Below are positions 1 to 9,156 of a stretch of DNA of 64,000 nt, piece by piece. The stretch lies in IMG/VR virus record IMGVR_UViG_3300027742_000011; one strand, given 5' to 3'. Source of the DNA: a virus. The notes under the pieces were generated by a model that did not search any database, had not been told where the DNA came from, and worked only from the letters and a program-made list of their open reading frames with translations. Both the position numbers and the translations under genes were made by a program. Numbering within the stretch: the first letter of the stretch is position 1; the number at the start of each line of letters is the position of its first letter.

Positions 1-351
1 ACACTGTTCGTAAATAGGATTATCTATCATAATCGTCTCGATTTTCGATGTTAGTTCTACTTCTGCAGCAGTACGTTCTGCTGCTTGATTCACTAAATCA
101 GTTCCAAAAGTCGAAATGGCATTTTTGATTCGAGTTTCCATTTCTCTATTTAATTTATTTTGTGCACCGACTCTTTCTTGATTAGCTAACTGTTCAGCTT
201 CAACGCCGGAGTCGTATGCATTATCAACAGCGTTAGTGTGATACCAATAAGCAAGGCAAACTAACAGTACTGGAACAATAATTTTCCAATACTGCTTAAA
301 AATTTCACCAATCCATTTTCCTGCTCCTAAGAGCTTAAATATAAACAACAT
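1..351 (-). CDS. Putative inner-membrane spanin (Rz-like), runs off the window edge
   Basis: Not in ORF track. Manual translation MLFIFKLLGAGKWIGEIFKQYWKIIVPVLLVCLAYWYH...IYEQC shows one N-terminal TM segment then an Ala/Glu-rich coiled coil; open to position 1. Confidence 0.5.
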   Translation of the reverse strand, partial: MLFIFKLLGAGKWIGEIFKQYWKIIVPVLLVCLAYWYHTNAVDNAYDSGVEAEQLANQERVGAQNKLNREMETRIKNAISTFGTDLVNQAAERTAAEVELTSKIETIMIDNPIYEQC

Positions 352-352
352 G

Positions 353-532
353 TCATTTGCCTTTCATGAAATTATTGAAGCTGAGAATTGATCTCATCTT
401 CTTTGTATCCTTCTCATTCTCTCTTTTATACTTGTTTTTCTTTTTACCCATTGGTGGTTCACCATCTTGACCTACGCCAGTACCAGCGATATCTCCTCCA
501 CCTACAACATTTGTCGGAGCTTCTTCATTCAT
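353..532 (-). CDS. Small conserved-looking T4-like protein (59 aa)
   Basis: Manual translation MNEEAPTNVVGGGDIAGTGVGQDGEPPMGKKKNK...MKGK*; ATGA overlap with the upstream stop. Confidence 0.7.
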   Translation of the reverse strand: MNEEAPTNVVGGGDIAGTGVGQDGEPPMGKKKNKYKRENEKDTKKMRSILSFNNFMKGK

Positions 533-1167
533 AATGGTAAACCTAAAGCTGTTAATTCTTTATTGAGTATATTAAAATCATCATCATCCAATTCAGTTTT
601 AAGAATATTGACCATTTGCGAATCAGTATCACTTTTAAATTCATTTAAGAAGCGATCATGTCTGTTAAGGTGAGATTGGATTGCTAAATGATTTAGTCTA
701 TGCCAATATTCATCAAGAACACTTGCTAATTGTGGGTTTCGAGTTTTAACCGATGTAAATTTGGTTCTAGTTGCGTCAGCAGCCTTTCTGAGCATTTCAG
801 AAATTGTATGTAGATCGTTGCGTGGATTTTCTTCTGGAACCCCTTCTTCCGTAATCATGCCTACTGAGAAGTGGACAAATTTAAGTCCATTCAATTCTTC
901 AGAGATATGGACAACTAAACCATCATCACGGGTAATAGGGTCTGTGAAAATCGTTCCAGTGTCTGCATATTCATATACAGTCCAGCCTTCAGAGATATCG
1001 AAGCCAGTTTCGCCGAGATAATCTAAAATCTCTGCTGGCTCTGCCTGAGTTTTAACGTATTTGATTCCGTCCAATTCTTCACCTAATTGACCAACCGCGC
1101 CCCTTGGTGCTGTAGTTTCAAACGCCCGTCTGAAGTTGTCAATCTCTAATTGTATATTTTCCATCAA
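529..1167 (-). CDS. Hypothetical protein
   Basis: 212-aa ORF, translationally coupled to both neighbours. Confidence 0.7.
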   Translation of the reverse strand: MMENIQLEIDNFRRAFETTAPRGAVGQLGEELDGIKYVKTQAEPAEILDYLGETGFDISEGWTVYEYADTGTIFTDPITRDDGLVVHISEELNGLKFVHFSVGMITEEGVPEENPRNDLHTISEMLRKAADATRTKFTSVKTRNPQLASVLDEYWHRLNHLAIQSHLNRHDRFLNEFKSDTDSQMVNILKTELDDDDFNILNKELTALGLPL

Positions 1168-1556
1168 ATTTTCCTTAATACTTCTACTATATATTCGTCC
1201 ATTGAAATATCACTCGAGTGCAGTGCTGGCTTATATCCTACCTTTTCAACTTTAGGTGGCATTCTGTTTAGAAACAACAAAAACGGTTTTAAATATTCAT
1301 GGTAATCATTTAATTTTAGGAACAACATGGGAGTCGTTCCATGGCCGAACATATTATAGAGAACAATTAAATGGTTTAAGATGAGACGTTCGCGTAGCTC
1401 GCCCGAATCTCTGTATTTGCCAAATAGTCGTTTAAGATATTTAAATCTTTTTAAATCATCATGAAATTCATCTTGATTATAGCACTGCGGGTTATCATAA
1501 AATTTGGCTGCATAGAGTATAAAATTATCATCATTTAAATTGTTGTTTCTAATCAT
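1164..1556 (-). CDS. Conserved T4-like phage hypothetical protein
   Basis: LNDDNFILYAAKFYDNPQC...RLILNHLIVLYNMFG pattern, familiar from T4-like myophages. Confidence 0.75.
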   Translation of the reverse strand: MIRNNNLNDDNFILYAAKFYDNPQCYNQDEFHDDLKRFKYLKRLFGKYRDSGELRERLILNHLIVLYNMFGHGTTPMLFLKLNDYHEYLKPFLLFLNRMPPKVEKVGYKPALHSSDISMDEYIVEVLRKI

Positions 1557-1561
1557 TGGTA

Positions 1562-1807
1562 TTAAACTAACCTTACCTTTACATCTCCACTGGACGTGTA
1601 GTATGGTTCCCCAACATTTACACCTGCACCGGCTGCGCCGGGATCATCATCATAAGGTCCGACGAATATTGAGCTCTTTAACATTGAGCCTTCTATTACA
1701 GACGTCGTCGTGTTGGCTCCATCAACCTTTTCTATAATGAAACGGTCATTGGAGCCAACAGTATTAGCCGATGGCAACTCATTAAGCTTTTTTGCTCTGC
1801 TTGACAT
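1562..1807 (-). CDS. Hypothetical late/virion protein
   Basis: 81-aa ORF within the late gene run. Confidence 0.6.
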   Translation of the reverse strand: MSSRAKKLNELPSANTVGSNDRFIIEKVDGANTTTSVIEGSMLKSSIFVGPYDDDPGAAGAGVNVGEPYYTSSGDVKVRLV

Positions 1808-1813
1808 AAACTA

Positions 1814-2377
1814 TTATTCAGGCAGTTCGGTGTCGTCTGTAGCGTCACCAGTAATAGTGTTCATAGCCACAAGAGTTTCATATTGGACTCGACCAGCTCG
1901 ACCACCAGCAGTTGCCGTTAGAGTTGCGCCTGAACCGGTACCGGTAGTAATTGTTACCGTAGGGTTCTTAAGATCAAATCCATCGCCTGCTGCAGTAATA
2001 GTTACAGACGTAATAACGCCTGAACCATCAGTTCCGATTGTACCGGTTGCGTTTGTTCCATCAGATGTTACCGCAAATGTATCGGCATTATCGTATGCAG
2101 TACCACCGACAGTCACGGCAATATCTGTGATAGAGCCGGTACCAGCAGTTCTAAGTACCCAACCAGAGTGAGTTACTTTAGATGATTCACCATTGGTGTT
2201 TGCCATTTCAGCAGATGAAACACCGAACTGACCGACGGCTGCACCTTCGACAAATGCACCTACGGTAGTATTACCAAATAGTGCTGTTTGATTTGCAGTA
2301 TTTGCTTCTGTGTTTGTTTGAGATGGTGCATAAAACGCTGAATTTGCGGCATCATCCGTATTTCCCCAAGAACCCAT
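1814..2377 (-). CDS. Gly/Thr-rich virion structural protein
   Basis: GTx-rich beta repeats and C-terminal AGGRAGRVQYETLVAM; SD AGGAG and upstream AATAAATA late-like box. Confidence 0.7.
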   Translation of the reverse strand: MGSWGNTDDAANSAFYAPSQTNTEANTANQTALFGNTTVGAFVEGAAVGQFGVSSAEMANTNGESSKVTHSGWVLRTAGTGSITDIAVTVGGTAYDNADTFAVTSDGTNATGTIGTDGSGVITSVTITAAGDGFDLKNPTVTITTGTGSGATLTATAGGRAGRVQYETLVAMNTITGDATDDTELPE

Positions 2378-2416
2378 TTACTTTCTCCTATATGTTCTTA
2401 TTTTTATTTATTAATC

Positions 2417-4294
2417 TTATTTAAGTAGTTTTGGGTTCTTATGACCCGCCGATTTTTTACTTGCTAATCTGGCTCCAGCTTCTCTATTATAAGCTTTACG
2501 ATCTAGATCTTTAGATTTATTATAGTGATCTGTCTTCTTCTTATCATATTTCCACCATCTTTCACTTTTTCTGTTATGGATGTTTTCACCCGCTTTGGCG
2601 TCGTCGTATACTCTCGACTTCTCTATGTGTTTGTCACTTTTCTTATGGTTTTTTTTAGCAGATTTCTCTGCCTTTTCGCTATAAGATTTTAAAGTATCAT
2701 CTGACAATTCACTTAAATAGTTCTCTAACCTAACAACACCGCTTTGAAATGCAACTTCTATATATTCATCATTTTCAGAAAGAATGTTACCGAAACCGTA
2801 TTCGACGTGTTCAATAATATCTTCACCCTGAAGATTAAAATTTTCATGCATGCGTGTTTGAATGCGTGTGATACGGGTTTCATGTGGGTGCTCGTGATAT
2901 TTCAAAACGTTCGCTGCCAATTTAGTACCCATATGCTTGAGATGGTAAGCATGATTAGTGTCATTGCCGCCATGACCTTGTAAGCCATCATATGAATAAG
3001 ATCCACCAATATTATTATGGAATTGAACATGGGCGCTATGTTTAGATACTGTAGCAGTATGATAGCGACCAGTATCTGGTTCAAATTTGCCATGAACAGA
3101 ATTGTGGTCAGTCTCACCGATTTTATTATAGCCATGATCCGCCAAACTTTTTCCTATATGTTTGGCGAATGCTTTTTTAGTTTCTTTACGATACTTTTCT
3201 TGTTTGCCATGATCCGCTTTTGCTTCATCTGCCGCCATTTTTCTCCAATCATTGTGAACATAAACATCGAAATGACCAGCGTGTTCTTTTTTCACATCAC
3301 GATGTGAAGGTCTATAGTGTTCGCCACCCTTCTGATATTTTGAGGCATGTGGATTATTCTTACCTAAGCGACCCTTAAGCAATATTCTTTCATGTGGTGC
3401 TTTGTTTTTCTTAAGGTCTGCCAACTTCTTTTCAGATTTAGCATCGCCTGGTTTGTGAGTAAATCGGTATGCTGATGTTCTTTCAGTAGTAGACTCTTCT
3501 AAGTCTTCAATCTCTTCCTTTTGGAAGTCGTCGACTTCGCCTTGTGCATCAGGAGATGAGTCCATGCCCGATTTAGCAGCCTTAGGTACGTATGCACCGA
3601 GTTTATTTTTAGAGAGTTCTGTCATGAGATTGTGGCGAGTAGTATAACCTCTACCTTCCCAAAGAACATCAACCCAACCCTCTTCAAGAGATTCGATTGT
3701 GCCTATAGCAAGGGATCGGTCGATTAATTGATCACCGACTTTAAAATCTTCTTCATTCATTTTATCTACGGCTTTTTCAATACCCATTTGTCTGTTTGTT
3801 ACTTTCTTAAGAGCCTTTTTAATCTTTTCATTATTCATACCCTCTTTAGAATTATAGTTCTTCTGGATAGTATTATGAAAATCTACAGATTTAGAACCAC
3901 GGTCCATCGCAGCTTTCTTAATGTATGAAGCATGTGTCTTTTTAGAGAGTTCATCAATCTGTTGTTGCTCATCAATCTCTGTTTCTTCAGTCTTTATTGT
4001 AGATCTTCCAGCCTTCTTAATATATTTTAAATAATTTTTTCTGCTCTGTTCGCGATTATTACTGGAAGGATCGTTTGCAAATGCTCTAGCAGCTTTTGGA
4101 TCAATAGGAAGACTCTCTTCACCCTTCTTAGCTACATAAAGATCTTTCTTGAATTTATTCTCATCATTGCGCTCGTCGAGCTCGACTTCTTTCTTACCTT
4201 TAACATCTTTAGTCTTCTCATCGCCATCTTGGTAAGAACAATCATCGGCTTTCTTTTTTTCCAATAACGATCTGATTTTATCATTTAAATCCAT
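2417..4294 (-). CDS. Large Lys/Glu-rich modular late protein (possible internal head protein)
   Basis: 625 aa with repeated E-L-S-x3-L-x2-Y-x2-K-A modules; AATAAATA box and AAGGAG upstream. Confidence 0.7.
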   Translation of the reverse strand: MDLNDKIRSLLEKKKADDCSYQDGDEKTKDVKGKKEVELDERNDENKFKKDLYVAKKGEESLPIDPKAARAFANDPSSNNREQSRKNYLKYIKKAGRSTIKTEETEIDEQQQIDELSKKTHASYIKKAAMDRGSKSVDFHNTIQKNYNSKEGMNNEKIKKALKKVTNRQMGIEKAVDKMNEEDFKVGDQLIDRSLAIGTIESLEEGWVDVLWEGRGYTTRHNLMTELSKNKLGAYVPKAAKSGMDSSPDAQGEVDDFQKEEIEDLEESTTERTSAYRFTHKPGDAKSEKKLADLKKNKAPHERILLKGRLGKNNPHASKYQKGGEHYRPSHRDVKKEHAGHFDVYVHNDWRKMAADEAKADHGKQEKYRKETKKAFAKHIGKSLADHGYNKIGETDHNSVHGKFEPDTGRYHTATVSKHSAHVQFHNNIGGSYSYDGLQGHGGNDTNHAYHLKHMGTKLAANVLKYHEHPHETRITRIQTRMHENFNLQGEDIIEHVEYGFGNILSENDEYIEVAFQSGVVRLENYLSELSDDTLKSYSEKAEKSAKKNHKKSDKHIEKSRVYDDAKAGENIHNRKSERWWKYDKKKTDHYNKSKDLDRKAYNREAGARLASKKSAGHKNPKLLK

Positions 4295-4325
4295 TACACC
4301 TACTCCTTTTATTTTTATTTATTCA

Positions 4326-4553
4326 TTACGCATTATCAATGATTTTTTGCTTTATTTGTGTTAAACGTACACCCTTTTTACAATACTTATTGGCCACTTC
4401 TGCCGCCGGTGTATTTTTTTGCTCTGCCTCAGGATTATCGAGAGGTGTTTCAACTTCAGGTTTTTTGTTTGACATAATATCTCTTGCGATATTAGCTTGT
4501 GTTTTAAATCTTTTCATTTGATAATATCTCGCGTTTTCTTCTGTTTTCTCCAA
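4326..4553 (-). CDS. Hypothetical protein
   Basis: 75-aa ORF between the two large late genes. Confidence 0.55.
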   Translation of the reverse strand: MEKTEENARYYQMKRFKTQANIARDIMSNKKPEVETPLDNPEAEQKNTPAAEVANKYCKKGVRLTQIKQKIIDNA

Positions 4554-6922
4554 ATGACTTTACCATTAGGAGTGGTTACCTTTACATTCTTATAATCAGA
4601 TGCGTTAGTATGAACTATTGGAATTCCTTCGATCTTACCTTCTTTAACCGCACCACCATCTGAAGCAACTTTCTTGTGGTCTTGATCTTGGCCCGGTGTA
4701 TCTTTTTTATAATTTTCTACAGAAGAATCTGTACCAATTTCTCGGTCTTTAGGTTCGATTTTCATCTCATCAATTTTCTTAGAAGAATGTTTCAAGAAAG
4801 ACTTCAATTCACCTTTAGATTTACCATACTTCTTTTTAAAGTTGCCGTTATCCATATCATCCGTATCGAAGTGAATGCTTGACATTTTACCTTCTTTAAG
4901 ACGATTGCGACCTTTTACGAAGTCAGAATATTTGAGTTTCTTGTATTCTTTCTTCTTGGCTTTCCAAGTTTTACCCGAGTGATATTTGTATTCGCCAGCG
5001 TGGTAATCGTGTTCGGATTTATGATGATCTGCTTTCCTCTGCTCAAGGGCAGCTTGATGGGCAAGTTCTTCTTCTGCACCTCGAGCATGTTCTTTACTCT
5101 CAAATCCGTGATTTTTCCATTCGCCGTTACTTAGATCGCGCTGGATGCTGCGGCTATCATTGGCTAATTCTTTATGTATCACGTGTTGATTGTGGTGGCT
5201 GTTAGCTTTTTCTAAATGATGCTCAGCCTTTTTCGTCTTTTCAGCTTTATCATGTGCCTTACTCTGACGTTCTCTTTCTCGTTTAGTTTTACCACCGGAA
5301 GCTAGATCGGCTGCATTTGCTGAGGCTCTCTTGCGTAAAGCCTGAAGTTCTTCAGGTGAATATCTTCCCTCTTCAATTTGCACAAAGTCTTCCTTCGTGC
5401 AACGAGGTACCTCTTTACCGTTTACAACAGTGACACCTTTTTGCCTGAAACCCTTTTTACATGGACTTTTCGGATCAACGATTCTCTTGCCGAACTTATC
5501 AACAGTGTCAGTCCATGCCTCTTTCATAGATTTCTGGGCACGGTAAATTCCGTCATCTCTGTTAACGGCTTTACGTCCTATTTTAGCCATGTTTGGAGTA
5601 TCTTCTGAATGTTCCCCATCCCTTTTGTTTTTATTATTACGGAGTACATTATACCTATCGTATTTTTTATCCATTTCTGGCTTGGCTTTTTTAATGTATC
5701 TATTTTTAAGATCGTCAGAAACTTCATTTAGCTTTTCATTTTCTTTTAATTGGAGATGCTTCTTATGGACTGACACCTCTTTATAGGTAGTTGGATTACT
5801 TTTGGTGCGAATACCCGTACTAGTCGGAACACTAATAATCACATGGTCTTTTTTATTGCTATCATGGCCTTGTATATAACCATTACCGTGTGGGGTCTTC
5901 TGGAAATATTTATATTTGCTCTGAGTGGCTTTACTCTTTGCAACTTCGTCTGAAGAGTGCTTATCCTTATCAAAGGAACCTCCAAGCTTCTTGGTTGCTC
6001 TTTTTACACCATCTTCGCGGTTCTGTCTTTTCTTTTCCCAGCGGTCATAGGTTTTAACTTCCGGGTCATCGTCACCGTAATCTTTTTTAATTTGTGCATG
6101 ATAATCTTTATTCCAGTGTGGCTTTGATTGGCCATCAGCCTTTGAAATGTAATTCTTTAAGACACGATTAGAAACTTCCATAATATCACCAGACTCGAAC
6201 TCATGTAAATCGCGATCCTCAGCGAAGTATGATTTACCGCGGTTAACATATGAATTGACTCTTGCGAATGCATATTGTTCTGGAGAGTATTTGTATTGTT
6301 CTTTCCACACTTCAAGTCCTCGAGTGAACACTTCACCGAGAACATTGATATCGATTCCACTTTTGTCTGATTTCTTCTGAAGTGCTCTATAAGCAGACGA
6401 ATCTTCATTTACTATATCAGAAAATTTCTTGTAAAATTTGATGTATTTGTTCTTCTTGTTTGTAGCATCCTTAACACGAGCATCTTTACGACCGGTAAGT
6501 AATTCGTCGAAAGATTCATTGAATCCTTCTCTAACGTGTTCTTTCTTACCTAGATTGTCGAGCTTCGCACCTCTAAGGAAAGATTGTAGCCTTTTAGCTT
6601 CAGCTTGTTGAATGCGCGGCATCAACCGCATAGCAATCTTTTTAATAATCTTTTGCTTTCCGGCAATCTGTCTGTCGACATTAATTTTCTGTGAAGGGGA
6701 AAGATTTTCATAATCAGCACCCAACTTGCCAGCAAACTTACGTCTTACGATTTTGCGTGCTGCGGCGAAGGCTCTCTTATGGATAATCCTCTTTGGCGCT
6801 TTCTTGCGTTGAGCAATTTTCCTTGCAATTCTTAATTTGTTCTTGTTTTTCTTTACGATCATAGCTCTTTTCTTACGTTGTTGTAAGTCTAAAACTTCGT
6901 CGATATGTTCTTCTTCGTGCAT
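4514..6922 (-). CDS. Large Lys/Arg-rich modular late protein (possible internal head protein)
   Basis: 802 aa; modules include KKSDKSGI..LGEVFTRG...YAFARVNSY, PCKKGFRQKG...VPRC and REIGTDSSVENYKKDTPGQ. Confidence 0.75.
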   Translation of the reverse strand: MHEEEHIDEVLDLQQRKKRAMIVKKNKNKLRIARKIAQRKKAPKRIIHKRAFAAARKIVRRKFAGKLGADYENLSPSQKINVDRQIAGKQKIIKKIAMRLMPRIQQAEAKRLQSFLRGAKLDNLGKKEHVREGFNESFDELLTGRKDARVKDATNKKNKYIKFYKKFSDIVNEDSSAYRALQKKSDKSGIDINVLGEVFTRGLEVWKEQYKYSPEQYAFARVNSYVNRGKSYFAEDRDLHEFESGDIMEVSNRVLKNYISKADGQSKPHWNKDYHAQIKKDYGDDDPEVKTYDRWEKKRQNREDGVKRATKKLGGSFDKDKHSSDEVAKSKATQSKYKYFQKTPHGNGYIQGHDSNKKDHVIISVPTSTGIRTKSNPTTYKEVSVHKKHLQLKENEKLNEVSDDLKNRYIKKAKPEMDKKYDRYNVLRNNKNKRDGEHSEDTPNMAKIGRKAVNRDDGIYRAQKSMKEAWTDTVDKFGKRIVDPKSPCKKGFRQKGVTVVNGKEVPRCTKEDFVQIEEGRYSPEELQALRKRASANAADLASGGKTKRERERQSKAHDKAEKTKKAEHHLEKANSHHNQHVIHKELANDSRSIQRDLSNGEWKNHGFESKEHARGAEEELAHQAALEQRKADHHKSEHDYHAGEYKYHSGKTWKAKKKEYKKLKYSDFVKGRNRLKEGKMSSIHFDTDDMDNGNFKKKYGKSKGELKSFLKHSSKKIDEMKIEPKDREIGTDSSVENYKKDTPGQDQDHKKVASDGGAVKEGKIEGIPIVHTNASDYKNVKVTTPNGKVIWRKQKKTRDIIK

Positions 6923-6939
6923 CTGTTTCTTTCCCTAAT

Positions 6940-6970
6940 AAAAAATGCCCCTTGACAAAGTCAAGAGACA
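6940..6970 (-). terminator. Intrinsic terminator-like hairpin just upstream of the 802-aa gene
   Basis: Minus strand TGTCTCTTGAC-TTT-GTCAAGGGGCA followed by T6. Confidence 0.6.
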
Positions 6971-6971
6971 G

Positions 6972-7070
6972 CTAAATCGTAAAACCAAAACAATCCCATT
7001 TCTCCGACGAATTATCTAGCTCGGGAGAAGTAGTAATTGTATCGTGGGTGTTTAATATTTGTAAATCCAT
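6972..7070 (-). CDS. Possible 32-aa leader ORF
   Basis: MDLQILNTHDTITTSPELDNSSEKWDCFGFTI*, with AGGA upstream. Confidence 0.3.
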   Translation of the reverse strand: MDLQILNTHDTITTSPELDNSSEKWDCFGFTI

Positions 7071-7150
7071 CAAAGAGTTTTCCTAAGACTTATCTTTGTT
7101 AAAACGGGATTGCCTTGGCCTTACCGCCGCACAGAACTGCCTGTACAGTT

Positions 7151-7786
7151 CTATTTATAAAAGGAAAATTCTTGAGTCTTTAAACCTAAACCATGGCGTA
7201 CTTCGTAGTATAATGCTTGAGCGAGTTTAATTTGGTTAGTTGGGCACATGTCGATAAATGTGCCCATATCGTCACGTAAAGCTGCTTCTCGCATTTTAGT
7301 AGCGCTAGAGCCATGAACACCTAGACCACCCTCTGAACGAGTGCCCGCAGACTTTACTTGAATAGTATCAAAAGTAAAATCCTTGCCATTATAAAGATTA
7401 ACAATCCGCGTATATTCTTTAACTCTATCTTCACCACAAATCATCGTCACGTGATTATAACCATCATTGCATATATTTTTCAGATGCGCAATAAAGTCTG
7501 GACTTTTTTTGGTTGCGGCAACGAAGTTTATTTCTGGGAAAAATAGATTGAGATATTTCATCTTAGTGAAAATGTCGAGTGGATTTTTTTTCTTACTAAA
7601 AGTTTTAGACACGACGACCATATGATCAGCATCTGAATAATATGCCAAGTCGAGAATGTAATTTAAAACCTTCGCGTGACCTATTGTCGGCGGATTAAAT
7701 CTACCAAAACTAAATATGATTTTCTTATCAGCTTTAACCACTAAACTTCTCAAAGTTTGCATGACTAAAGATGTCTCTATTAACAA
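7151..7786 (-). CDS. Cytidylyltransferase-like (HIGH-motif) nucleotidyltransferase
   Basis: FGRFNPPTIGH and SSATKMR motifs. Confidence 0.8.
   Translation of the reverse strand: MLIETSLVMQTLRSLVVKADKKIIFSFGRFNPPTIGHAKVLNYILDLAYYSDADHMVVVSKTFSKKKNPLDIFTKMKYLNLFFPEINFVAATKKSPDFIAHLKNICNDGYNHVTMICGEDRVKEYTRIVNLYNGKDFTFDTIQVKSAGTRSEGGLGVHGSSATKMREAALRDDMGTFIDMCPTNQIKLAQALYYEVRHGLGLKTQEFSFYK
7152..7159 (-). promoter_or_regulatory. T4-type late promoter
   Basis: Exact TATAAATA. Confidence 0.75.
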
Positions 7787-8714
7787 GTTTCACAAAGGTA
7801 CCACCAGATCGCGTTACGTATCCTTCATGACCTACTTGGTCGTCGCCAATATACATTTCAAGATCACCGCAACTTGAGCGTTTGTCGAGATAGTCGATGA
7901 GACTCCGTTTGTATCTTAATAAGGCGAGGTAAACTCGTAATATCTCATAAGGATAATTGTATTTATAAACAATGTCCCCTAGAGTTTGTTCATTTATTTC
8001 AATTCTATTTCTAACAAGACTATTAATTTCCTTTAACAGTACATTAATATTAGTTAATGAAGTTTTTTCATATGACTCATCTGAAATGTGACTAAAAGCT
8101 TCTTCCAAATCATAATATTCTTTTGGGGATATTAAACCATTGTTATCAAATCTCGTTATAGTTTTATCCGGGATATAATATCGCCCGCATAGAGTATTTT
8201 CATCACAATGGTGACCCATCGGGTGCGCATTACCGTGTCTATCATAGCGGGTATGTATAGCTAGAACCATCTCATAATCTACTGAATGAGCGCGCTTCTT
8301 AAATTTGTACGTAATGTTATTAGGCGTGCGGGAGCCGTCTTCTATATCTTTATGAAACAGCAAATCTGCCTGGAAGATATTACTATCTTTGTGGAGACTG
8401 GGATAATTTTTATAAAACTCATTCATCGTAGGCCAAAGTTTCTCAAGTTTTTCTACCAAACCAGGACTCCTAGCTCCATGATTTTTATGAATGTCTGATA
8501 CGGAGTAATTAATTTTAGGTGTCTTATTAAAATAAGATTTAGAAGAAAGAAAGAACTTTTGCTCGACTGGACATATGCCGAATACTAATGCTGGCATTCC
8601 GTCGTATTTGATAGAATACGATTCTTGTTCCAGCGCGACCAAAGAAGACTTGGCACTCTGATAGTTCATTAATGCCAAGTCTTCTAAGTGGTGTATATGA
8701 CTAACTTTCTGCAT
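7734..8714 (-). CDS. Conserved T4-like protein with covalent nucleotidyltransferase (ligase-fold) motifs
   Basis: HIHHLED, KYDG (motif I-like), QADLLF, EGYV (motif IV-like), VKLVNR. Confidence 0.65.
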   Translation of the reverse strand: MQKVSHIHHLEDLALMNYQSAKSSLVALEQESYSIKYDGMPALVFGICPVEQKFFLSSKSYFNKTPKINYSVSDIHKNHGARSPGLVEKLEKLWPTMNEFYKNYPSLHKDSNIFQADLLFHKDIEDGSRTPNNITYKFKKRAHSVDYEMVLAIHTRYDRHGNAHPMGHHCDENTLCGRYYIPDKTITRFDNNGLISPKEYYDLEEAFSHISDESYEKTSLTNINVLLKEINSLVRNRIEINEQTLGDIVYKYNYPYEILRVYLALLRYKRSLIDYLDKRSSCGDLEMYIGDDQVGHEGYVTRSGGTFVKLVNRDIFSHANFEKFSG

Positions 8715-8722
8715 TGTATATC

Positions 8723-8992
8723 CTAACTGTTCTTGAGACGATCCAATGCTATGACAACTTCTCCTACTGCAGCATTCACTTCAGCTCCCATAATTTTAGC
8801 CAAGCCGTTGCGGTCAGATAGGTGCATACTTTCTTCAAGTCTTTCAATATCGACACCTATACTAAGTTTTTCCTTTGACATCGGAACCCATTTTTGCCCA
8901 TTAAACTCTTCGCCTTCAGAGTTTGTTAAACAATCTAAGACATTTTCCAAATGATTAATTAAAGCTGTCTTAAGTTCCGCATCGATACTCAT
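8723..8992 (-). CDS. Hypothetical protein
   Basis: 89-aa ORF, coupled. Confidence 0.55.
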   Translation of the reverse strand: MSIDAELKTALINHLENVLDCLTNSEGEEFNGQKWVPMSKEKLSIGVDIERLEESMHLSDRNGLAKIMGAEVNAAVGEVVIALDRLKNS

Positions 8993-9156
8993 GGTCGAAC
9001 TCCTTGAAAAACAAACCTAGGGGTTCTACCGTTAAACCCACCGCCACCATTTAAAAACAACTTCATCGTGCGCAACTTCTTCATATTAGGACTTTTCATA
9101 AGAGTGTAATTGGTGTTAGTTTCGATTACAGCATTTTCGATGATTTTATATTTCAT
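8989..9156 (-). CDS. Small hypothetical protein (55 aa)
   Basis: Manual translation MKYKIIENAVIETNTN...LNGGGGFNGRTPRF; ATGA overlaps at both ends. Confidence 0.65.
   Translation of the reverse strand: MKYKIIENAVIETNTNYTLMKSPNMKKLRTMKLFLNGGGGFNGRTPRFVFQGVRP

Noticed and set aside
1710-2171. Long plus-strand ORFs in the track (also 15585-16154, 27866-28210, 54317-54661 and many of 60-100 aa)
   Set aside because: They are antisense shadows of well-supported minus-strand genes, with no SD or recognisable motifs.
6923-7150. tRNA or named riboswitch in the long intergenic region
   Set aside because: No cloverleaf, T-loop or CCA, and no match to riboswitch consensus sequences I can recall; kept only as an unassigned structured leader.
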